A DNA stretch of 64,000 bases from Escherichia coli. Its GTDB lineage: Bacteria; Pseudomonadota; Gammaproteobacteria; Enterobacterales; Enterobacteriaceae. The position numbers and the translations under genes were made by a program. Below, one piece after another: positions 55,709 to 64,000 of the stretch (position 1 is the stretch's first letter; each line of letters begins with the position of its first letter). The stretch lies in NCBI RefSeq assembly GCF_030013595.1, contig NZ_CP122768.1; one strand, given 5' to 3'. The notes beneath the pieces were generated by a model, which was not told the DNA's origin, ran no database searches, and saw only the letters and a list, made by a program, of their open reading frames with translations.

Positions 55709-56850
55709 GTCTGAATATGTTCTGGTTTTTACCGACCCACGGTGACGGGCACTATCTGGGAACGGAAGAAGGTTCACGTCCGGTTGATCACGGTTATCTG
55801 CAACAAATTGCGCAAGCGGCGGATCGTCTGGGCTATACCGGTGTGCTGATCCCAACGGGGCGATCGTGTGAAGATGCGTGGCTGGTGGCGGCGTCGATGA
55901 TCCCGGTGACGCAGCGGCTGAAGTTTCTTGTCGCCCTGCGCCCCAGCGTAACCTCACCTACCGTTGCCGCTCGCCAGGCCGCCACGCTTGACCGTCTCTC
56001 AAATGGTCGTGCGTTGTTTAATCTGGTCACAGGCAGCGATCCACAAGAGCTGGCAGGCGACGGCGTGTTCCTTGATCATAGCGAGCGCTACGAAGCCTCG
56101 GCGGAATTTACCCAGGTCTGGCGGCGCTTATTGCTGGGGGAAACCGTCGATTTCAACGGTAAACATATTCATGTGCGGGGAGCCAAACTGCTCTTCCCGC
56201 CGATTCAACAGCCGTATCCTCCGCTTTACTTTGGCGGATCGTCAGACGTCGCCCAGGAGCTGGCGGCAGAACAAGTTGATCTCTACCTCACCTGGGGCGA
56301 ACCGCCGGAACTGGTTAAAGAGAAAATCGAACAAGTGCGGGCGAAAGCTGCCGCGCATGGACGCAAAATTCGTTTCGGTATTCGCCTGCATGTGATTGTT
56401 CGTGAAACTAACGACGAAGCGTGGCAGGCCGCCGAGCGGTTAATCTCGCATCTTGATGATGAGACTATCGCCAAAGCACAGGCCGCATTCGCCCGGACGG
56501 ATTCCGTAGGACAACAGCGGATGGCGGCGTTACATAACGGCAAGCGCGACAATCTGGAGATTAGCCCCAATTTATGGGCGGGCGTTGGCTTAGTGCGCGG
56601 CGGTGCCGGGACGGCGCTGGTGGGCGATGGTCCGACGGTCGCCGCGCGAATCAACGAATACGCTGCACTTGGCATCGACAGTTTTGTGCTTTCGGGCTAC
56701 CCGCATCTGGAAGAAGCGTATCGGGTTGGCGAGTTGCTGTTTCCGCATCTGGATGTTGCCATCCCGGAAATACCCCAGCCACAACCGCTGAATCCGCAAG
56801 GCGAAGCGGTGGCGAATGATTTTATCCCCCGTAAGGTCGCGCAAAGCTAA
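55705..56850 (+). CDS. ssuD: FMNH2-dependent alkanesulfonate monooxygenase SsuD (381 aa)
   Basis: [40 protein letters not shown]... Confidence 0.95.
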   Translation: MSLNMFWFLPTHGDGHYLGTEEGSRPVDHGYLQQIAQAADRLGYTGVLIPTGRSCEDAWLVAASMIPVTQRLKFLVALRPSVTSPTVAARQAATLDRLSNGRALFNLVTGSDPQELAGDGVFLDHSERYEASAEFTQVWRRLLLGETVDFNGKHIHVRGAKLLFPPIQQPYPPLYFGGSSDVAQELAAEQVDLYLTWGEPPELVKEKIEQVRAKAAAHGRKIRFGIRLHVIVRETNDEAWQAAERLISHLDDETIAKAQAAFARTDSVGQQRMAALHNGKRDNLEISPNLWAGVGLVRGGAGTALVGDGPTVAARINEYAALGIDSFVLSGYPHLEEAYRVGELLFPHLDVAIPEIPQPQPLNPQGEAVANDFIPRKVAQS

Positions 56851-56860
56851 GGAAGAAATA

Positions 56861-57652
56861 ATGGCAACGCCAGTGAAGAAGTGGTTATTGCGCGTTGCCC
56901 CCTGGTTTTTACCGGTGGGCATCGTGACGGTGTGGCAACTAGCCTCCTCAGTTGGCTGGCTGTCGACGCGTATTTTGCCCTCTCCGGAAGGAGTGGTGAC
57001 GGCGTTCTGGACGCTCTCCGCCAGCGGCGAATTGTGGCAGCATCTGGCGATCAGCTCCTGGCGGGCGTTGATTGGCTTTTCAATTGGCGGATCGCTGGGC
57101 TTGATTTTGGGACTGATTAGCGGGCTATCTCGCTGGGGAGAACGGCTGCTGGATACCTCCATTCAAATGTTGCGCAACGTGCCGCATCTGGCGCTGATCC
57201 CGCTGGTGATTTTGTGGTTTGGCATTGATGAATCCGCAAAAATCTTTCTGGTGGCGCTCGGCACGCTATTCCCCATTTATATCAACACCTGGCACGGCAT
57301 CCGTAATATCGATCGCGGTCTGGTGGAAATGGCGCGTAGCTATGGATTATCCGGCATACCGCTGTTTATCCATGTGATCCTGCCTGGTGCCCTGCCCTCC
57401 ATTATGGTCGGCGTGCGTTTTGCGTTGGGCCTGATGTGGCTGACGCTGATTGTTGCCGAAACCATTTCTGCCAATTCCGGCATTGGTTATCTGGCGATGA
57501 ATGCGCGGGAGTTTCTGCAAACGGACGTGGTGGTGGTCGCCATTATTCTTTACGCCCTGCTCGGCAAACTGGCTGACGTCAGCGCACAGCTGTTAGAGCG
57601 CCTCTGGTTGCGCTGGAACCCGGCTTATCATTTGAAGGAGGCCACGGTATGA
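56861..57652 (+). CDS. ssuC: Sulfonate ABC transporter permease SsuC (263 aa)
   Basis: [27 protein letters not shown]... Confidence 0.93.
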   Translation: MATPVKKWLLRVAPWFLPVGIVTVWQLASSVGWLSTRILPSPEGVVTAFWTLSASGELWQHLAISSWRALIGFSIGGSLGLILGLISGLSRWGERLLDTSIQMLRNVPHLALIPLVILWFGIDESAKIFLVALGTLFPIYINTWHGIRNIDRGLVEMARSYGLSGIPLFIHVILPGALPSIMVGVRFALGLMWLTLIVAETISANSGIGYLAMNAREFLQTDVVVVAIILYALLGKLADVSAQLLERLWLRWNPAYHLKEATV

Positions 57653-58416
57653 ATACTGCTCGTCTGAACCAGGGCACGCCATTGTTGCTCAATGCAGTAA
57701 GCAAACATTACGCGGAAAATATCGTTCTGAACCAACTGGATTTACATATTCCGGCTGGTCAGTTTGTGGCGGTGGTGGGCCGCAGCGGTGGTGGCAAAAG
57801 TACCCTGCTGCGCCTGCTGGCAGGTCTGGAAACGCCAACCGCTGGCGATGTGTTAGCGGGTTCCACACCGCTGGCTCAGATTCAGGAAGACACGCGAATG
57901 ATGTTTCAGGATGCGCGTCTGCTGCCGTGGAAATCGGTGATTGATAACGTTGGGTTAGGCCTTAAAGGCCAGTGGCGCGATGCCGCGCGTCGGGCGTTGG
58001 CTGCAGTAGGACTGGAGAATCGCGCAGGGGAATGGCCTGCCGCACTTTCAGGCGGGCAGAAACAGCGAGTGGCGCTGGCAAGAGCGTTGATTCATCGACC
58101 GGGTTTATTGTTGCTTGATGAACCGCTCGGGGCGCTGGACGCCTTAACGCGACTCGAGATGCAGGATTTGATTGTGTCACTTTGGCAGGAGCACGGCTTT
58201 ACCGTACTGTTGGTGACGCATGATGTTAGCGAAGCGGTGGCAATGGCTGACCGGGTGTTGTTAATTGAAGAGGGAAAAATTGGTCTGGATTTGACGGTGG
58301 ATATCCCCCGTCCGCGCCGGTTAGGGTCGGTGCGATTAGCGGAGCTGGAAGCGGAAGTGTTGCAACGGGTGATGCAGCGTGGTGAATCTGAAACTCGCCT
58401 GAGAAAACAGGGGTAA
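57649..58416 (+). CDS. ssuB: Sulfonate ABC transporter ATPase SsuB (255 aa)
   Basis: Walker [10 protein letters not shown]; signature LSGGQKQRV. Confidence 0.95.
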   Translation: MNTARLNQGTPLLLNAVSKHYAENIVLNQLDLHIPAGQFVAVVGRSGGGKSTLLRLLAGLETPTAGDVLAGSTPLAQIQEDTRMMFQDARLLPWKSVIDNVGLGLKGQWRDAARRALAAVGLENRAGEWPAALSGGQKQRVALARALIHRPGLLLLDEPLGALDALTRLEMQDLIVSLWQEHGFTVLLVTHDVSEAVAMADRVLLIEEGKIGLDLTVDIPRPRRLGSVRLAELEAEVLQRVMQRGESETRLRKQG

Positions 58417-58420
58417 ATTC

Positions 58421-58458
58421 CCGAATGGCGGCGCTATTGCCGCCATTCGGTTATTTTT
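58421..58458. terminator. Bidirectional terminator between ssuB and pepN
   Basis: CCGAATGGCGGC-gctatt-GCCGCCATTCGG followed by TTATTTTTT. Confidence 0.8.
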
Positions 58459-61070
58459 TAAGCCAGTGCTTTGGTGATCTTCTCGTACAGATCGCCAGAG
58501 AGATTTTCCAGCCCTTTCAACTGCTCCAGCGCCGCGCGCATTTTCTCCTGACGTTTGGCATCGTAACGTTTCAGGCGAATCAGCGGTTCAATCAGACGTG
58601 AAGCCACCTGCGGGTTACGGCTGTTGAGGTCGGTAAGCATTTCCACCAGGAACTGGTAACCGCTGCCATCTTCAGCATGAAACGCTGCCGGGTTGCTGCC
58701 CGCAAATGCGCCAATCAACGAACGAATACGGTTCGGGTTGCTCATGGTAAATGAGCGATGCTGCAACAGGCCGCGCACCGTCTCCAGCACATTCGCCGCC
58801 GGGCTGGTGGCTTGCAGGATAAACCATTTATCCATCACCAGACCGTCCTGATGCCACTTGTCGTCGTACTCCTGCATCAGCGCGTCACGGCAAGGCAGCT
58901 GTGCGGCAACCGCCGCAGAAAGCGCCGCCAGCGCATCAGTCATATTGTTTGCTTCGTGGAACTGCTTGCTCACCAGCACATCAGCCAGATGCGTTTCACC
59001 AAAAGCGAGGAAGCGCAGGCAGGCATTTCGCAGAGTGCGTTTTGCAATATCGTCATGCTCAACACGGTACTCGCTCTGGTAATTCGCGTTGTAAATAGCC
59101 AGTAGCTCATCCGCCAGTTCAGTCGCCAGAGTACGAGTGAGTGCTTCGCGTACTTCAGCAATAGCAATCGGGTCGATGATATCGAACAGTTCTGCCATTT
59201 CATTGACGGAAGGCAGCGTCAGGATTTCTGCCGCCAGTGCCGGATCAATCTTCTCATCAAGCAGTACCGCGCGGAAAGCATCAGCCACATGCACCGGCAG
59301 AGACAGCGGCTGACCTTGCTGATGACGCGCGACGTTCAGCTTGATGTAGGTTGCCTGCAGGCTTTGCGCCGCATCCCAGCGGGAGAAATCATTACGCGCA
59401 TGGCGCATCAGGAAGGTCAGTTGCTGATCGCTCCACTTATATTCCAGTTTCACTGGCGCAGAGAATTCGCACAGCAGCGCAGGCACCGGCTGGAAGTAGA
59501 CATTATCAAAGACAAAGGTCTGTTCCGCCTGGGTGACGTTCAGCACCGAATTCACCGGGTGACCGCCTTTCTGCAACGGGATCACTTTGCCTTCGTTATC
59601 ATACAGTTCGATGGCAAACGGAATATGCAGCGGCTGTTTTTCTGCCTGATCCGGCGTAGCAGGCGTACGCTGGCTGATGGTCAGGGTGTACTGCTCGGTT
59701 TCCGGATTGTAGTCATCTTTGACGGTCACAACCGGCGTACCGGACTGGCTGTACCAACGGCGGAAATGGGAGAGATCGACATTTGACGCATCTTCCATTG
59801 CCTGAACAAAATCGTCGCAGGTTGCCGCGCTGCCATCATGGCGCTCGAAATAAAGCTGCATCCCTTTCTGGAAGTTTTCTTCGCCCAGCAGGGTGTGGAT
59901 CATGCGAATCACTTCCGCGCCCTTCTCGTAAACGGTCAGGGTGTAGAAGTTGTTCATCTCAATGACCATATCCGGGCGGATCGGGTGCGCCATCGGGCTG
60001 GCGTCTTCCGCAAACTGCAATCCGCGCATGGTGCGCACGTTGTTGATACGGTTTACCGCGCGGGAACCAAGGTCAGAGCTGAATTCCTGATCGCGGAAGA
60101 CGGTTAAACCTTCTTTCAGGCTGAGCTGGAACCAGTCGCGGCAGGTCACACGGTTACCGGTCCAGTTGTGGAAATATTCGTGACCAATAACACGCTCAAT
60201 ATCGAGGTAATCTTTATCGGTGGCGGTGTCGGTACGGGCCAGCACATATTTGGAGTTAAAGATATTCAGACCTTTATTCTCCATTGCGCCCATATTAAAG
60301 AAATCCACCGCGACGATCATATAGATGTCGAGGTCATACTCCAGGCCGAAGCGTTCTTCATCCCATTTCATGGAGTTTTTCAGCGAGGTCATCGCCCACG
60401 GCGCACGATCAAGGTTGCCGCGATCGACGTACAGCTCCAGCGCAACTTCGCGACCAGAACGCGTGGTGAAGGTGTCGCGCAGCACGTCGAAGTCGCCTGC
60501 CACCAGCGCAAACAGGTAGCACGGTTTAGGGAACGGGTCCTGCCACTGTACCCAGTGACGTCCGTTTTCCAGTTCGCCTTGCGCAACGCGGTTACCGTTG
60601 GAAAGAAGGAAGGGATATTTGGTTTTATCGGCAATAATTTTGGTGGTAAAACGCGCCAGCACGTCCGGGCGGTCGAGATAATACGTAATATGGCGGAAAC
60701 CTTCGGCTTCACACTGGGTGCAAAGCGCATCGCCTGACTGATAAAGCCCTTCCAGCGCGGTATTCGTCGCCGGGCTAATTTCATTAACGATCTTAAGCGT
60801 AAAACGCTCCGGCAAATTACTGATGACCAGTGCGCCCTCTTCTTCTTTCCAGGCGGTCCACGGCTCATCATTAATATGAACAGAAACCAGTTTAAGATCT
60901 TCGCCATCAAGACGAAGCGGAGCATCTGATGCACCATGACGGACAGCCTGGCTGACCGCGGTAACGACCGTCTTTTGCGCGTCCAGGTCAAAGGTCAAGT
61001 CAATATCAGTAATCTGGTAATCCGGCGCACGATAATCGTGACGGTATTTGGCTTGTGGCTGTTGAGTCAT
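58458..61070 (-). CDS. pepN: Aminopeptidase N (870 aa)
   Basis: MTQQPQAKYRHDYRAPDYQITDIDL...; zinc motif HEYFHNWTGNRVTCRDWFQLSLKEG. Confidence 0.97.
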   Translation of the reverse strand: MTQQPQAKYRHDYRAPDYQITDIDLTFDLDAQKTVVTAVSQAVRHGASDAPLRLDGEDLKLVSVHINDEPWTAWKEEEGALVISNLPERFTLKIVNEISPATNTALEGLYQSGDALCTQCEAEGFRHITYYLDRPDVLARFTTKIIADKTKYPFLLSNGNRVAQGELENGRHWVQWQDPFPKPCYLFALVAGDFDVLRDTFTTRSGREVALELYVDRGNLDRAPWAMTSLKNSMKWDEERFGLEYDLDIYMIVAVDFFNMGAMENKGLNIFNSKYVLARTDTATDKDYLDIERVIGHEYFHNWTGNRVTCRDWFQLSLKEGLTVFRDQEFSSDLGSRAVNRINNVRTMRGLQFAEDASPMAHPIRPDMVIEMNNFYTLTVYEKGAEVIRMIHTLLGEENFQKGMQLYFERHDGSAATCDDFVQAMEDASNVDLSHFRRWYSQSGTPVVTVKDDYNPETEQYTLTISQRTPATPDQAEKQPLHIPFAIELYDNEGKVIPLQKGGHPVNSVLNVTQAEQTFVFDNVYFQPVPALLCEFSAPVKLEYKWSDQQLTFLMRHARNDFSRWDAAQSLQATYIKLNVARHQQGQPLSLPVHVADAFRAVLLDEKIDPALAAEILTLPSVNEMAELFDIIDPIAIAEVREALTRTLATELADELLAIYNANYQSEYRVEHDDIAKRTLRNACLRFLAFGETHLADVLVSKQFHEANNMTDALAALSAAVAAQLPCRDALMQEYDDKWHQDGLVMDKWFILQATSPAANVLETVRGLLQHRSFTMSNPNRIRSLIGAFAGSNPAAFHAEDGSGYQFLVEMLTDLNSRNPQVASRLIEPLIRLKRYDAKRQEKMRAALEQLKGLENLSGDLYEKITKALA

Positions 61071-61335
61071 AAATAACCTTTAGCATCTTTTATAGAGTCT
61101 GGTGTTCAGTCTATTCCTGTTGCGTAAATCGCGCTATGCAGAATCTTCATCTTTTCAGGTACAAACGCCTTTATTGCTACATTTTTATAACATACACCGC
61201 GTAATGCCATCGACCAGAAAGGTGGCATATGGTGTGATCGGGGTTCAATAAATTGCGAAACAAGGTATACTCCAGCAGTTCCTGAAGATGTTTATTGTAC
61301 TAAACGCTCCTGTACGAGGACGCTACTGCGCACCT

Positions 61336-62538
61336 ATGACACAATTCGCTTCTCCTGTTCTGCACTCGTTGCTGGATACAGATGCTTATAAGTTGCATAT
61401 GCAGCAAGCCGTGTTTCATCACTATTACGATGTGCATGTCGCGGCGGAGTTTCGTTGCCGAGGTGACGATCTGCTGGGTATTTATGCCGATGCTATTCGT
61501 GAACAGGTTCAGGCGATGCAGCACCTGCGCCTGCAGGATGATGAATATCAATGGCTCTCAGCCCTGCCTTTCTTTAAGGCCGACTATCTTAACTGGCTAC
61601 GCGAGTTCCGCTTTAACCCGGAACAAGTCACCGTGTCCAACGATAATGGCAAGCTGGATATTCGTTTAAGCGGCCCGTGGCGTGAAGTCATCCTCTGGGA
61701 AGTTCCTTTGCTGGCGGTTATCAGTGAAATGGTACATCGCTATCGCTCACCGCAGGCCGACGTTGCGCAAGCCCTCGACACGCTGGAAAGCAAATTAGCC
61801 GATTTCTCGGCATTAACCGCCGGTCTTGATATGTCGCGCTTCCATCTGATGGATTTTGGCACCCGCCGACGTTTTTCTCGTGAAGTACAAGAAACCATCG
61901 TGAAACGTCTCCAACAGGAATCCTGGTTCGTGGGCACCAGCAACTACGATCTGGCGCGTCGGCTTTCCCTCACGCCGATGGGAACACAGGCACACGAATG
62001 GTTCCAGGCGCATCAGCAAATCAGCCCGGATCTAGCCAACAGCCAGCGAGCTGCACTTGCTGCCTGGCTGGAAGAATATCCCGACCAACTTGGCATTGCA
62101 TTAACCGACTGCATCACTATGGATGCTTTCCTGCGTGATTTCGGTATCGAGTTCGCCAGTCGCTATCAGGGCCTGCGTCATGACTCCGGCGACCCGGTTG
62201 AATGGGGTGAAAAAGCCATTGCACATTATGAGAAGCTGGGAATTGATCCACAGAGTAAAACGCTGGTTTTCTCTGACAATCTGGATTTACGCAAAGCGGT
62301 TGAGCTATACCGCCATTTCTCTTCCCGCGTGCAATTAAGTTTTGGTATTGGGACTCGCCTGACCTGCGATATCCCCCAGGTAAAACCCCTGAATATTGTC
62401 ATTAAGTTGGTTGAGTGTAACGGTAAACCGGTGGCGAAACTTTCTGACAGCCCTGGCAAAACTATCTGCCACGATAAAGCGTTTGTTCGGGCGCTGCGTA
62501 AAGCGTTCGACCTTCCGCATATTAAAAAAGCCAGTTAA
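61336..62538 (+). CDS. pncB: Nicotinate phosphoribosyltransferase (400 aa)
   Basis: [32 protein letters not shown]... Confidence 0.95.
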   Translation: MTQFASPVLHSLLDTDAYKLHMQQAVFHHYYDVHVAAEFRCRGDDLLGIYADAIREQVQAMQHLRLQDDEYQWLSALPFFKADYLNWLREFRFNPEQVTVSNDNGKLDIRLSGPWREVILWEVPLLAVISEMVHRYRSPQADVAQALDTLESKLADFSALTAGLDMSRFHLMDFGTRRRFSREVQETIVKRLQQESWFVGTSNYDLARRLSLTPMGTQAHEWFQAHQQISPDLANSQRAALAAWLEEYPDQLGIALTDCITMDAFLRDFGIEFASRYQGLRHDSGDPVEWGEKAIAHYEKLGIDPQSKTLVFSDNLDLRKAVELYRHFSSRVQLSFGIGTRLTCDIPQVKPLNIVIKLVECNGKPVAKLSDSPGKTICHDKAFVRALRKAFDLPHIKKAS

Positions 62539-62546
62539 TATCATCA

Positions 62547-62571
62547 GGGAGCTAATCGGCTCCCTTTTTTT
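62547..62571 (+). terminator. pncB terminator
   Basis: GGGAGC-taatcg-GCTCCC followed by TTTTTTT. Confidence 0.8.
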
Positions 62572-62707
62572 ACCTTTAATTCCGAAATCTTTCGCTGCAT
62601 TTGCGAATTCTGCTTGTCTGATTGCAGATGCCAGGTAACATAGGTATCCCCCCCATTTACGGGTGGACAAGTGTTTATTTTTTCCGACTATTAACAGAGA
62701 GAATATT

Positions 62708-64000
62708 ATGAGCGTTGTGCCTGTAGCCGACGTACTCCAGGGCCGCGTAGCCGTTGACAGCGAAGTCACCGTACGCGGATGGGTACGTACCCGCCGAGAT
62801 TCAAAAGCTGGCATCTCCTTCCTCGCCGTTTATGACGGTTCCTGCTTTGATCCTGTACAGGCTGTCATCAATAATTCTCTGCCCAATTACAATGAAGACG
62901 TCTTGCGTCTGACCACCGGTTGCTCGGTCATTGTGACGGGTAAAGTCGTGGCATCGCCGGGCCAGGGGCAACAATTTGAAATTCAGGCCAGCAAGGTTGA
63001 AGTTGCTGGTTGGGTTGAAGATCCAGACACTTACCCGATGGCGGCAAAACGCCACAGCATTGAGTATCTGCGTGAAGTCGCTCACCTGCGTCCGCGCACA
63101 AACCTGATTGGTGCCGTCGCGCGCGTTCGCCATACGCTGGCGCAGGCGCTGCATCGCTTCTTTAACGAGCAGGGATTCTTCTGGGTTTCAACGCCACTGA
63201 TTACTGCGTCTGATACCGAAGGGGCTGGCGAAATGTTCCGCGTTTCTACGCTGGATCTGGAAAACCTGCCGCGTAACGATCAGGGCAAAGTGGATTTCGA
63301 CAAAGACTTCTTTGGTAAAGAGTCTTTCCTGACCGTATCTGGCCAGTTGAACGGCGAAACCTACGCTTGCGCATTGTCCAAAATTTATACCTTCGGCCCG
63401 ACTTTCCGTGCTGAAAACTCCAACACCAGCCGTCACCTGGCGGAATTCTGGATGCTGGAGCCGGAAGTGGCGTTTGCTAACCTGAACGATATCGCGGGTC
63501 TGGCTGAAGCCATGCTGAAATATGTCTTCAAAGCGGTTCTCGAAGAACGCGCTGACGACATGAAATTCTTCGCTGAACGCGTAGATAAAGATGCCGTTTC
63601 ACGTCTGGAACGCTTCATTGAAGCCGATTTTGCGCAGGTGGATTACACCGACGCAGTGACTATTCTCGAAAACTGCGGCAGGAAGTTTGAAAACCCAGTT
63701 TACTGGGGCGTTGATCTCTCTTCTGAGCATGAGCGTTATCTGGCGGAAGAACACTTTAAAGCACCGGTAGTGGTTAAAAACTATCCGAAAGATATTAAAG
63801 CGTTCTATATGCGCCTTAACGAAGACGGTAAAACCGTTGCGGCTATGGACGTTCTGGCTCCGGGCATCGGTGAGATCATTGGTGGCTCCCAGCGTGAAGA
63901 ACGTCTGGACGTGCTGGACGAGCGTATGCTGGAAATGGGCCTGAATAAAGAAGATTACTGGTGGTATCGCGATCTGCGTCGCTACGGTACTGTTCCGCAT
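62708..64000 (+). CDS. asnS: Asparaginyl-tRNA synthetase, first 431 codons (3' end beyond the window)
   Basis: [45 protein letters not shown]... is open to the window edge. It is absent from the ORF track because it has no stop codon in the window. Confidence 0.95.

Overview
Escherichia coli chromosome, the serT-to-asnS segment, with gene order as I remember it from K-12 but read in the opposite orientation. About 27 kb of prophage DNA fills the left 42% of the window. Positions 27.1-64 kb are ordinary core genome: yccA tusE yccX rlmI hspQ yccU yccT mgsA helD yccF yccS sxy sulA ompA matP ycbZ fabA rmf pqiCBA uup rlmL ycbX zapC pyrD ssuEADCB pepN pncB asnS (3' end cut by the window edge). The only core anomaly I see is a 1-nt deletion in an A-run that frameshifts ssuA. 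The prophage block (1-27028) ends at a 60-nt 3' fragment of tRNA-Ser (serT), next to a tyrosine integrase. Reading right to left it carries xis, an ExoVIII-like/DEDDh exonuclease, a Rac-like immunity region (RacR-like repressor, YdaS/Cro-like, YdaT/CII-like, with TTAGGC-N3-GCCTAA operators at pR and pL), and O-like/P-like replication genes with CGTGAC iterons. It continues with a nin-type region containing an antisense ParDE toxin-antitoxin pair and an HNH nuclease, then DUF968, RusA, a Q-like antiterminator with a pR'/tR' unit, an AT-rich multi-TM cargo gene, an orphan DNA methyltransferase and a holin/holin/GH108-endolysin cassette. No terminase or head genes follow the lysis genes. Instead they converge on the right end of a P2-like late module (gpD C-terminus, ogr) plus a hok-family type I toxin. 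The most interesting element lies between gpD and ogr. It is a complete, translationally coupled His-Xaa-Ser cluster (hxsD-hxsB-hxsC-hxsA): two radical-SAM enzymes, an LLNDYxLRE protein and a secreted HxS-repeat protein with a peptidoglycan-binding domain. As far as I know this family is defined only by comparative genomics and has no known function; here it is prophage cargo. Secondary leads are a zinc-ribbon/coiled-coil gene at the sieB-equivalent exclusion locus, an adjacent structured non-coding region rich in GGTTGT motifs, and a perfect 19-bp inverted repeat. All homology statements come from reading the translations and from memory; no searches were run.
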